Origin: a bacterium
Lineage (GTDB): Bacteria; Desulfobacterota; DSWW01
Direction of reading: 5' to 3'
Length of the DNA: 64,000 nt
Assembly (NCBI GenBank): GCA_040756235.1
Contig: JBFLZG010000154.1
Location: 35,046-99,045, forward strand
Shown: positions 8,631 through 16,649 of the stretch, one piece after another
Layout: each line of letters begins with the position of its first letter
Numbering within the stretch: the first letter of the stretch is position 1
Translations under genes and position numbers: made by a program
The notes under the pieces: model-generated
What the model was told of the DNA's origin: nothing
Databases searched by the model: none
Seen by the model: the letters and a program-made list of their open reading frames with translations, nothing else

Positions 8631-9281
8631 CTACCTGATCTCTTTCTTCCCCGTCCACTGCCGGCAGAGTCTTACGGCCTCGACCGCATCCTTGCCATAG
8701 GCGTCGGCGCCCACATAGTCGCGCACCCTCTCGTCCATCTGGCCGCCGCCGATCATGATCTTCGCCCGCTCTGCGAACCCCGCCCGGGCGAGGGCCTCGA
8801 CGGTGCTTTTCATGGCGTCGAAGGCGAGGGTCAGGAAGCCGCTCAAGCCGATCACATCCGGCGCGAGCTCCCGGGCGGCCTCCACGAAGTTGCGTGCCGG
8901 GACGTTGATGCCGAGGTCCCGGACTTCGAACCCGCTCGTATCGAGCATCTGGACGACGATGTCTTTACCGAGGTCATGGATGTCCCCCTCGACCGTCCCG
9001 ATGAGGACCCTGCCGAGGCTGCTTGCCTCGAGCCGCCTGCCTTCGAGGAGAGGCTTGATCTTCTCCGAGGCGGTTTTCAACATTTCGCCGGAGAGGATCA
9101 GCTCCGGCAGAAAATAGCGGCCCTGCTCGTACTGTCTTCCGATCTCGGCCAACGCTTCGCGGTAGGCTTCGAGGATCTCCAGCGGATCGACCCCCTGCTC
9201 GAGCATCCTGTCGGTTGCGAGCAGGGCTTCCCGTTCCCGCATCGTCACGATCGCTTCGATCAAAGCCTGTCGCGCATCCAT
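8631..9281 (-). CDS. Corrinoid (cobalamin-binding) methyl-carrier protein
   Basis: N-terminal B12 cap (YFLPELI), GTVEGDIHDLGK (DxHxxG), GLSGFL and IMIGGG. Start at MDARQ. Confidence 0.92.
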   Translation of the reverse strand: MDARQALIEAIVTMREREALLATDRMLEQGVDPLEILEAYREALAEIGRQYEQGRYFLPELILSGEMLKTASEKIKPLLEGRRLEASSLGRVLIGTVEGDIHDLGKDIVVQMLDTSGFEVRDLGINVPARNFVEAARELAPDVIGLSGFLTLAFDAMKSTVEALARAGFAERAKIMIGGGQMDERVRDYVGADAYGKDAVEAVRLCRQWTGKKEIR

Positions 9282-9574
9282 GTCTCGTGGTCCTCGCAAG
9301 TGATCGGTTCCCAACCCCGGATTTGGCGAGCGAGCGGCCGGGAATCGGTAGATCTTGTGCAGAGGGTGCACGCCCTCGAGCCGGGCGCAGGATTCGGACC
9401 CCAGTATCTTCCCCGAGTGCCGCTCCGTCAATTGTACGGCCAAGCGCCGCGCAGGCCGCGGGCTGAGCCGGCCGTAAGGTCCGGACAGGGAGCTCAGGGC
9501 GGAAAGGGTGCGAAGCGGATACAACCGTGATAAGATGCCCGCGCCCTCCAACTGCCGGACACGGGTTCTTCATC

Positions 9575-10798
9575 ATGACGCGAGCCCCTCAGCCCTTTGT
9601 TCACACCGAGACATCGATCGCGAAGCCGGAGCCGGCCGCCGTGCGCCTCACCGAGCTCGATTGGCTGCGGATCCTGGCCGTGCTGATGCTGATCTACTAC
9701 CACACGGCTGCCATGTTCGTGCACTGGGACTCGGTCATCAACAACAGCCAGGGGAGCGTCTGGGCCGATCTGTTCATTCTTTTCATGGACCCGTGGTACA
9801 TGTCTCTTTTTTTCGTCATCGCGGGCGCTGCCGCGCGCTTCTCGCTGGCTTCCCGGTCGGCCCTGCAGTACGCGGGGGAGAGGACGAGGCGGCTGCTGGT
9901 GCCGCTCGTCTTCGGCATGCTGGTCATCGTCCCCCCTCAGGTCTTCTGCCAGCGCCTCCAGGATCCCGTGCACTACGATAGCTTGCCGCAATTCTACCTG
10001 CATTTGTTCGACGGCATCTATCCGGCCGGAGACCTGAGCTGGCACCACCTCTGGTTCGTCGCCTATCTGTTCGTCTTTGCGCTCGCCCTGCTTCCGTTCT
10101 TCGTGTGGCTCGGGAGGGGGCGCGGCCGCGCACACCTGTCGAGGGCGGCTTGGGTGTGCGAGCGCCCCGGCGGCATCTTCCTGCCTGCCTTGGTGCTGGC
10201 CGCAACGGATACGGTCCTGCGGGGCCGGTTCCCCGGCCCGCCGGACTTCGTGCACGACTGGGCGAGCGTCTTGTTCTTTGCGATCTATTTTGCCGGCGGC
10301 TACGTCCTCTACTCAGAGGATCGGCTGGTCGGGGTCGTGGAGCGCAGTCTGAAGCCGGCCCTCTGCCTGGCGCTGCTTTCCACGGCGTCGGGGGTTGCGC
10401 TGTTCCTGTCGGGGAAGATCCCGGGCTACGGCAGCCCGGGGGCCGTCGGCTCGGCTGGATGGGCCCTGCTCATGATGCTGCGATCGCTGAACTCGTGGAG
10501 CTGGGTGCTCGTCTGGCTGGGGTTGGCCCGCCGGCGCTTGCGGACGCGAAACCGATTCCTGACTTACGCCAGCGAGGCGGCCTACCCTTTCTACATCCTG
10601 CACGAGACCGTGCTCGTCGTCATCGGATACCGGATCGTGCAGTCGGACTGGGGCGTGCCCGCCAAGTTCCTGGCCATCAGCACGGCCGGGCTCGTGGCCA
10701 CCGTCGCCTCGTACGAGCTCCTGGTCAGGCGAGTGGGGACCCTGCGATTCCTGTTCGGCATGCGCCGGGCTGCCTCCGGTCGAGCCCGGCCTGGATGA
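9575..10798 (+). CDS. Acyltransferase 3 family protein (OpgC/MdoC-like)
   Basis: ELDWLR...YH, MSLFFVIAG, RRLLVPL, HHLWF and YPFYILH motifs; about 10 TM segments. Confidence 0.88.
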   Translation: MTRAPQPFVHTETSIAKPEPAAVRLTELDWLRILAVLMLIYYHTAAMFVHWDSVINNSQGSVWADLFILFMDPWYMSLFFVIAGAAARFSLASRSALQYAGERTRRLLVPLVFGMLVIVPPQVFCQRLQDPVHYDSLPQFYLHLFDGIYPAGDLSWHHLWFVAYLFVFALALLPFFVWLGRGRGRAHLSRAAWVCERPGGIFLPALVLAATDTVLRGRFPGPPDFVHDWASVLFFAIYFAGGYVLYSEDRLVGVVERSLKPALCLALLSTASGVALFLSGKIPGYGSPGAVGSAGWALLMMLRSLNSWSWVLVWLGLARRRLRTRNRFLTYASEAAYPFYILHETVLVVIGYRIVQSDWGVPAKFLAISTAGLVATVASYELLVRRVGTLRFLFGMRRAASGRARPG

Positions 10799-11504
10799 CG
10801 GCGCGGGTCCTGGCCATCAGGTCCTCCAGGTTCCCGCTCTTGTATACGGAAGGTTCCAGAGCCGGGTGAATCTGCATCTTCACGCGCCCGGGGAACAGGT
10901 CCATGGTCCTGGGCGGGAGGACCTCGCGGGTGCCCGTGATCGTCACCGGCAGGATCGGCAGGCCCAGGTCCATCGCCATCTGGAAGGCTCCCTTCTTGAA
11001 CTTCAGCAACTCTCCCGACAGACTTCGCGTCCCCTCGGGGAAGAAAAGGGCCGAGGTGCCGTTGGCGATCTTCTTCTTGGCCTCCTGGAGGGAGGCGATT
11101 GCGGCCTGGGTGTCGGACCGGTCGATGTAGATGTGCCCGAGCTTTTCACAGGCGACCCCCAGGATCGGCACTTTCCTGAGCTCCTTCTTCATCACCCACT
11201 TGAAATCGACGCCCAGCCATCCGTAGAGGACGAAGATGTCGTAGTGGCTCTGATGGTTGGCCACGATCACGTAGGAACGCTCGGGGTGGATATTCTGGCG
11301 GCCTTCGACCTGGACCCACATCGGGGTGAAGTAGCTGTTGAGCCTGGCCCAGAGGACACCCCCGAGCCTGCTGCCGGCGCGGGGGCCCGCAACCGCGGCC
11401 ACGAGCATGGCCGTGAGGCCGAACACGACGGTGGAGGCGATCAGAAAAGGGATGAAGGCCAGGAACTTGTAGGGTTGATACAGCCAGCGTGGGAGCTCTC
11501 TCAT
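10725..11504 (-). CDS. plsC: 1-acyl-sn-glycerol-3-phosphate acyltransferase (PlsC family)
   Basis: NHQSHYD, YIDR, FPEGTRS and FKKGAF motifs. Confidence 0.88.
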   Translation of the reverse strand: MRELPRWLYQPYKFLAFIPFLIASTVVFGLTAMLVAAVAGPRAGSRLGGVLWARLNSYFTPMWVQVEGRQNIHPERSYVIVANHQSHYDIFVLYGWLGVDFKWVMKKELRKVPILGVACEKLGHIYIDRSDTQAAIASLQEAKKKIANGTSALFFPEGTRSLSGELLKFKKGAFQMAMDLGLPILPVTITGTREVLPPRTMDLFPGRVKMQIHPALEPSVYKSGNLEDLMARTRAVIQAGLDRRQPGACRTGIAGSPLA

Positions 11505-11643
11505 TCCGTCCTCTTGCGCGACAACGAGGAGAAGGCGAGCAGGTATGCGCGAATATACGCTCCAGACCCAAATTACCACGTGGGACCCGGAATGTCGACG
11601 CAAAGCGTCGAAGCTCGCGGCAACCGGGCAGGCAGACGGCCTG

Positions 11644-12993
11644 TCAGGTTCCGCCCGCCGGAGCAAAGGCCCAGATCCCTCCGAAGAGGCCGGGGACATA
11701 GACGTGTCCTTCTTCGGACATGGTGGTCCCCACACTGGCAATTTCAACAGGGCTCACAGGCTCTTCGTCCAGGGTTGCCCCGCTCCTCATGTCCAGGACG
11801 AGCAGCCGGAGACCCAGCAGCCTGCCTGCCGCAGCCGCCACCACGTAAGCGCGGTCGGTCCCACGCTGGACCGCGATGCCGCGGGACTCCACGTCCCGCC
11901 GCTCCCACAACACCTCTGCATGATCTCCGGCGTCCCGGAGCGCGAGCAGGGGCGCTCCGGCCCCTCCGGTGGGAATCACGACCCCGGACGCCGAAGTGGA
12001 GGCGCTGCCGAGAGGGGAGAATCCGAGGTCAAAGCTCCAGAGGATCATGCCGCTGCCGGAATCGATGGCCAGGAGGTGGTCGGCCTGATCGTTCACATAG
12101 AGTCGGGAGCCGTCGGCGGAAATGTCCGGGCTCGACGCGCTGCCGCCTTCGAGCGCAGAGGTCTCCCAGAGAGGTTCGATGCGGGGGATCTCGCCTGCCC
12201 GGTAGCGCATCGCCAAGAGACGGCTGGCTGCCTCTCCGGGGTGTGTCAGGGTGAAAAAGAAGCTCCCCGTATTCAAGTCCATGGAAAGAGTGTTCGCGCA
12301 GTAGCAGGTGCCGTTCGCGAGCCCGGCCAGGCAATCCAGGGAGTCCAGCGGCTTGGGCTCGTACATGACCTCCGGCAGGAGGACGACCGTCTCGAGCGCC
12401 GGCGCCCCCGTGTCCCTGCGCAGCACATAGATGCGGCCCACTTGCGTGATGAAGATGAGGTGCCCGTCCGGCGTGAACTGAGCGCTCAGAGGAAACCCCA
12501 CGATCGGCTCGCTCCAGCGCAGAGCGCCGGCGCTGGTAAAAGAGCTCATCGCGCGGTTGTCGCCCATGTAGATGTTGCCGTCCCTGTCGATGGTGGGCGA
12601 GGAGGTGATCGCGTGCTCGTTCACCTGATCGCTGCACCAGAGCTGCTCGCCGGTCGTTCCATCCAAGGCGAACAGATGACAGGAGCCCTCCGCGGCTGCG
12701 TCCTGGTGGCGGCCGACCCCGACGTACAGATTTCCCTCAGGCCCAACGGTCGCGCCGGCCGCGATCGGCTTGCCGGTGAGCACGTGGAAGATGGGCGCCA
12801 CGGCGCCCGGGCCGGGAGCATCGCTGGCGTCCGAGTTGCGGCTGTCGTGGTGGATCACCGGCCAGCCCGTGGCCGGGTAAGCGGAGCCACCCTCGGAGAG
12901 GGTGTCCTTCGAACCGCCGCCGCCTCCGCAGCCGATAACGAGTGAGAGCGCAAGAAGCACCGCCCATCCGTCCGCACGGGAATGGAATCGCAT
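11644..12993 (-). CDS. Lipoprotein with PQQ-like beta-propeller repeats
   Basis: Lipobox VIGC followed by a Gly linker; LFALDGTTGEQLW, SSPTIDRDGNIYMG and LLAIDSGSGMILW repeats. Confidence 0.82.
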   Translation of the reverse strand: MRFHSRADGWAVLLALSLVIGCGGGGGSKDTLSEGGSAYPATGWPVIHHDSRNSDASDAPGPGAVAPIFHVLTGKPIAAGATVGPEGNLYVGVGRHQDAAAEGSCHLFALDGTTGEQLWCSDQVNEHAITSSPTIDRDGNIYMGDNRAMSSFTSAGALRWSEPIVGFPLSAQFTPDGHLIFITQVGRIYVLRRDTGAPALETVVLLPEVMYEPKPLDSLDCLAGLANGTCYCANTLSMDLNTGSFFFTLTHPGEAASRLLAMRYRAGEIPRIEPLWETSALEGGSASSPDISADGSRLYVNDQADHLLAIDSGSGMILWSFDLGFSPLGSASTSASGVVIPTGGAGAPLLALRDAGDHAEVLWERRDVESRGIAVQRGTDRAYVVAAAAGRLLGLRLLVLDMRSGATLDEEPVSPVEIASVGTTMSEEGHVYVPGLFGGIWAFAPAGGT

Positions 12994-13234
12994 CCTCTGC
13001 TCCCTCCTTGGTGGCCTGGCCCGACCGGTGGCCGGTCGTATGGCACACCTGCAACGAAAAATAGCAGCAGGACCTGGGGAGATACAACTGCCTGCGCCGA
13101 GCTCGGGACTCGCAGGAGCATTCGCGAGCTCGAGGCGAGGCCGAGCAGAGGGCCGCAATTTCCGAGATTGAAGCCTGCGGGGATCCGGGACATAATTCCT
13201 GCAGCCGGCCAGACTCCCGCGAGGGCTTTCCAAG

Positions 13235-14179
13235 GTGCCTACGGAAGAGGATATCGTCATCGATGCGCAGGGGCTGACGAAGCGGTTCGGCCCCACGATG
13301 GCCGTGGACTCGGTCAGCCTGCGGATCCGGCGAGGAGAGATCTTCGGCTTTCTCGGTCCCAACGGGGCCGGCAAGACGACCATGATCCGGATGCTGTGCG
13401 GCATCCTGCGGCCGACGTCGGGCCGGGCTGCCGTTCTTGGCCACGACGTGGTCGCTCGCCCCGACGCGGTCAAGCGACGAATCGGCTACGTCTCCCAGCA
13501 GTTCGGGCTCTATGCCGACCTGACGGTCGATGAAAATCTGCACTTCTACGCGGATCTTTACGGGGCACGCGACGACGCGTGCCTGGAGGAACTGCTCACG
13601 GGCTACGGGTTCTCGGACAGGCGGCACCAGAGGGCGGGAGAGCTGTCCGGAGGGTACAAGCAGCGGCTCGCCCTGATCTGCTCCCTCAGCCACCGGCCGG
13701 ATCTCCTCTTTCTGGACGAACCCACCGCGGGCGTCGACCCGGTGACCCGCAAGGAGCTCTGGGACCTCTTCTACCGCCTCACCGAGCGCGGCACCACTCT
13801 TTTCGTCACCACCCACTACATGGAAGAGGCCGAGCGCTGCCACACGCTCGGCTTCATCTTCGGCGGAAGGCTCGTCTTGCACGATACGCCGGAGCGCATC
13901 CGGGCCTTTCTGGCCGACCGCGACGTGTTCGCGCTCCGCTGCCCCTATGACCGGAACCTCGTGGACAGGCTGAGCCGGGCCGAAGGGGTGGAGACCGTGA
14001 GCCAGTTCGGCAACACGCTCCGGGTGATCGCCCGCAGAGGCCTTCACGATCCTGCGAGCCTGTGCCGGCTCGCCGCCAGGCCGGACCTGCTCGGAGAAGC
14101 GGTCCAGCGGTCGCAGCCGTCCATGGAGGACGTGTTCGTCAACCTGACACAGCGGGCGGGAGGCAGAGAAAGAAGGTGA
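13235..14179 (+). CDS. ABC-2 exporter ATP-binding protein
   Basis: GPNGAGKTT, LSGGYKQR, LFLDEPT and TTHY motifs. Confidence 0.93.
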   Translation: MPTEEDIVIDAQGLTKRFGPTMAVDSVSLRIRRGEIFGFLGPNGAGKTTMIRMLCGILRPTSGRAAVLGHDVVARPDAVKRRIGYVSQQFGLYADLTVDENLHFYADLYGARDDACLEELLTGYGFSDRRHQRAGELSGGYKQRLALICSLSHRPDLLFLDEPTAGVDPVTRKELWDLFYRLTERGTTLFVTTHYMEEAERCHTLGFIFGGRLVLHDTPERIRAFLADRDVFALRCPYDRNLVDRLSRAEGVETVSQFGNTLRVIARRGLHDPASLCRLAARPDLLGEAVQRSQPSMEDVFVNLTQRAGGRERR

Positions 14180-15321
14180 GAGGTCCGACCCGCTCCCCCA
14201 GGAGCTTCGTGCCCGTGATGCGCAAGGAGTGGATCCACATCCGCCGGGACCCGAGGCTCGTCGTGATCATTCTCGCCGGTCCGGTCCTGCTGCTGATCCT
14301 GTTCGGGTACGCTCTCAGGCTCCAGCCCCGCAACATCCCGATGGCGGTCCTGGACGAGGACCGCACCTATCTGTCCATGATCCTCAAGGACAGGCTCATG
14401 GACGACGGCTACTTCATCCTCCATGAGGCGGGCAGCATGGCGGAGCTCGAGGACTCGATCCGGGAGGGCCGCGCAAAGACCGGGCTGCACATACCCGCGG
14501 AGTTCAGCGCACAGATCTTCGAGGGCCGTGCCGGGGACCTCACGCTCTACGTGGACGGGACCATGCCTTCCATCGCGATCGCGGCCCAGCTGGGCGCAGC
14601 CACCCTGACCTCCGAGCAGGCCTCCGCGGACTTCGTGCTGGAAGATCCGGAGGCGCCGCCGGTCCGCTACCGGCCGCGGCCGGTCCAGCTTCACAGCAGG
14701 GTCCTGTTCAACCCGGAGCTGCGGGACCAGAACTTCTTCATTCCCGGGATCATCGGCATCCTCATCATGCAGATCACCCTGGTCGTGACCTCCATGGGCC
14801 TGGTGCGCGAGAGAGAATACCGGACCTTCGAGCAGCTGATCGTCACTCCCGTGGGCCGCCTGCCCCTGGTCCTGGGCAAGATCGCCCCCTATGCCGTCGT
14901 CTCCTTCCTGGACTTCCTCGTCATCACGGTCGCCGGCCACTGGATGTTCGATGTGCCCGTGGCGGGCAGCAAGCTTCTCCTCCTGTTGCTCGCGGTCGTC
15001 TACATCGTCGGATTCCTGAGCCTCGGCATGTTTCTCTCCACGCTGGCCCAGACGCAGACCCAGGCGATCTTCTTCGGCGTTTTCGTCATGATTCCCTCCA
15101 TTCTCCTCTCCGGCTTCGTCTTTCCGATCGAAGCCATGCCGAAGGTCCTCCAGCCGGTGCCCGCCGTGATCCCCCTCACGTACTTCCTGAACGTCGCGCG
15201 CGGCGTGATGCTCAAAGGCGTGGGGCTGGAGGTCCTGCTCGGGGACTTTGCCGCCCTGGCCTCCTTTTCCATCGTCTTCATCACGGCCAGCGCCCTGCGC
15301 TTTCGGAAGACGATCGAATGA
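14176..15321 (+). CDS. ABC-2 exporter permease (YbhR/YbhS-like)
   Basis: KEWIHIRRD, RERE.RTFEQL.VTP, LSGFVFPIEAMP and PLTYF motifs; GTG start overlaps the upstream stop. Confidence 0.9.
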   Translation: MRGPTRSPRSFVPVMRKEWIHIRRDPRLVVIILAGPVLLLILFGYALRLQPRNIPMAVLDEDRTYLSMILKDRLMDDGYFILHEAGSMAELEDSIREGRAKTGLHIPAEFSAQIFEGRAGDLTLYVDGTMPSIAIAAQLGAATLTSEQASADFVLEDPEAPPVRYRPRPVQLHSRVLFNPELRDQNFFIPGIIGILIMQITLVVTSMGLVREREYRTFEQLIVTPVGRLPLVLGKIAPYAVVSFLDFLVITVAGHWMFDVPVAGSKLLLLLLAVVYIVGFLSLGMFLSTLAQTQTQAIFFGVFVMIPSILLSGFVFPIEAMPKVLQPVPAVIPLTYFLNVARGVMLKGVGLEVLLGDFAALASFSIVFITASALRFRKTIE

Positions 15322-15502
15322 GCGGCTCCGAGCGAGCCGCCTCCGGGGCCGAGAACGGCTCGCTCCCGGAGGGCGCAGGGGGCCATTCGGCAGGAGCCGA
15401 AGCGGCACCGGCACAGGCTTGTAAGACCGGTCGGGCTGTGCTAAATAAGGTCGCCTTTGATGAACGCGCAGGGGAAGATCTCGCCTGCAGAGGAGGCGCA
15501 AG

Positions 15503-16468
15503 ATGGCGATCCGGGAAATACGCGCGACGGACATGCATGCTTCAGCCTTCATCGAGGAAAAGGTGAACGAGATCCGCTCGGCGGTCGGAACGGGCCTGGC
15601 CGTCAACGCCCTGTCCGGCGGGGTGGACTCCTCCGCCGTCACGATGCTCGGGCATCGGGCGCTCGGGGACCGGCTGAAGACTTATTTCATCCAGAACGGC
15701 CTCATGCGCGAGGGAGAGCCCGAGACGATCGTCTCCGGCTTCGCAAAGCTCGGCGTGCGCGTGGAGATCGTGGATGCCCAGGAGCCGTTCTTCAAAGCCC
15801 TGAAGGGGATCACGGACCCGGAAGAAAAACGCGAGGCCATCACCCAGACGTTCTACAAGGACGTTTTCGGAAAGCTCGTGAAAAAGAGCGGTGCGAAGTT
15901 CCTCCTGCAGGGCACCATCCTGACGGACGTGGACGAGACCGTGGCCGGCATCAAGAGGCAGCACAACGTCTTCGAGCAGCTCGGGATCGATCCGCAGGAA
16001 GCGTTCGGCTACCGGATCCTGGAACCGCTGGTACAGCTCCGCAAGGACGGTGTGAGAAAGGTCGCCGAAGCCCTGGGCCTGCCCGGGTCGGTTTTCGGCC
16101 GCATGCCCTTCCCGGGCCCGGCGCTCTCCGCCAGGGTCATCGGCGAGGCCACGCGCGAGCGGATCGCCACAGTCCGGAGGGCCACGAGCATCGTCGAAGA
16201 GGAGCTGGCGGGAACGACCGCCTTCCAGTACATGGCGATCCTGCACGAGGACCGCGTGACCGGCATGCGCGACGGAAAGCGCGAGTTCGGTCTGCAGGTG
16301 GAGATCCGTTGCTGGGACAGCCTGGACGCGCGCGAAGCCCGGCCCACGCGGCTTCCCTGGGAAAAGCTCGAGACGCTTGCGAGGCGCATGACCGCGGAAG
16401 TCCCGGGCGTCGTGAGCGTCACCTACGGCATCACCTCCAAGCCGCCTTCGACCATGGAGGCGGTCTGA
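15503..16468 (+). CDS. GMP synthase ATP-pyrophosphatase (B) subunit only, no glutaminase domain
   Basis: ALSGGVDSS, NGLMREGE, DPEEKR, LQGT, IKRQHNV, PFPGPAL and ITSKPPSTME motifs; 321 aa. Confidence 0.88.
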   Translation: MAIREIRATDMHASAFIEEKVNEIRSAVGTGLAVNALSGGVDSSAVTMLGHRALGDRLKTYFIQNGLMREGEPETIVSGFAKLGVRVEIVDAQEPFFKALKGITDPEEKREAITQTFYKDVFGKLVKKSGAKFLLQGTILTDVDETVAGIKRQHNVFEQLGIDPQEAFGYRILEPLVQLRKDGVRKVAEALGLPGSVFGRMPFPGPALSARVIGEATRERIATVRRATSIVEEELAGTTAFQYMAILHEDRVTGMRDGKREFGLQVEIRCWDSLDAREARPTRLPWEKLETLARRMTAEVPGVVSVTYGITSKPPSTMEAV

Positions 16469-16640
16469 CAGGCGGTTGAAACGCCCATCTGGGAGCCTGT
16501 TGCGAGCGCAGCGAAGTCGGAGATTGCGAGGCTCTGCGAAGCAACCTCCGTGCATCCCCGCGGGGCGCCGGCAAGTACGCCGCCTCATTCCCCAGGGACT
16601 TCGCCTGCGTCGGCTCCGGCGGGATCCGTCAACGTCCAGC
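16469..16640. repeat. Degenerate copy of the 125-bp repeat family
   Basis: Shares AAACGCCCATCTG and GTACGCC...CTCATTCC...GGA.TTCGC with 5475-5601. Confidence 0.5.
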
Positions 16641-16649
16641 GGAGAAGCG

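Noticed and set aside
5525..8638. 1037-aa plus-strand ORF, and similar long ORFs at 3638-5398, 22027-24657, 31009-32844 and 55950-57485
   Set aside because: Antisense shadows of well-supported genes in high-GC DNA, with no motifs.
9282..9574. Possible cobalamin or Moco riboswitch upstream of the corrinoid operon
   Set aside because: No B12-box or other conserved elements seen; only a TTGACG-N17-GATACT promoter-like motif.
15322..15502. Possible purine riboswitch before the GMP synthase subunit
   Set aside because: No purine aptamer core seen, just hairpins and a sigma70-like promoter.
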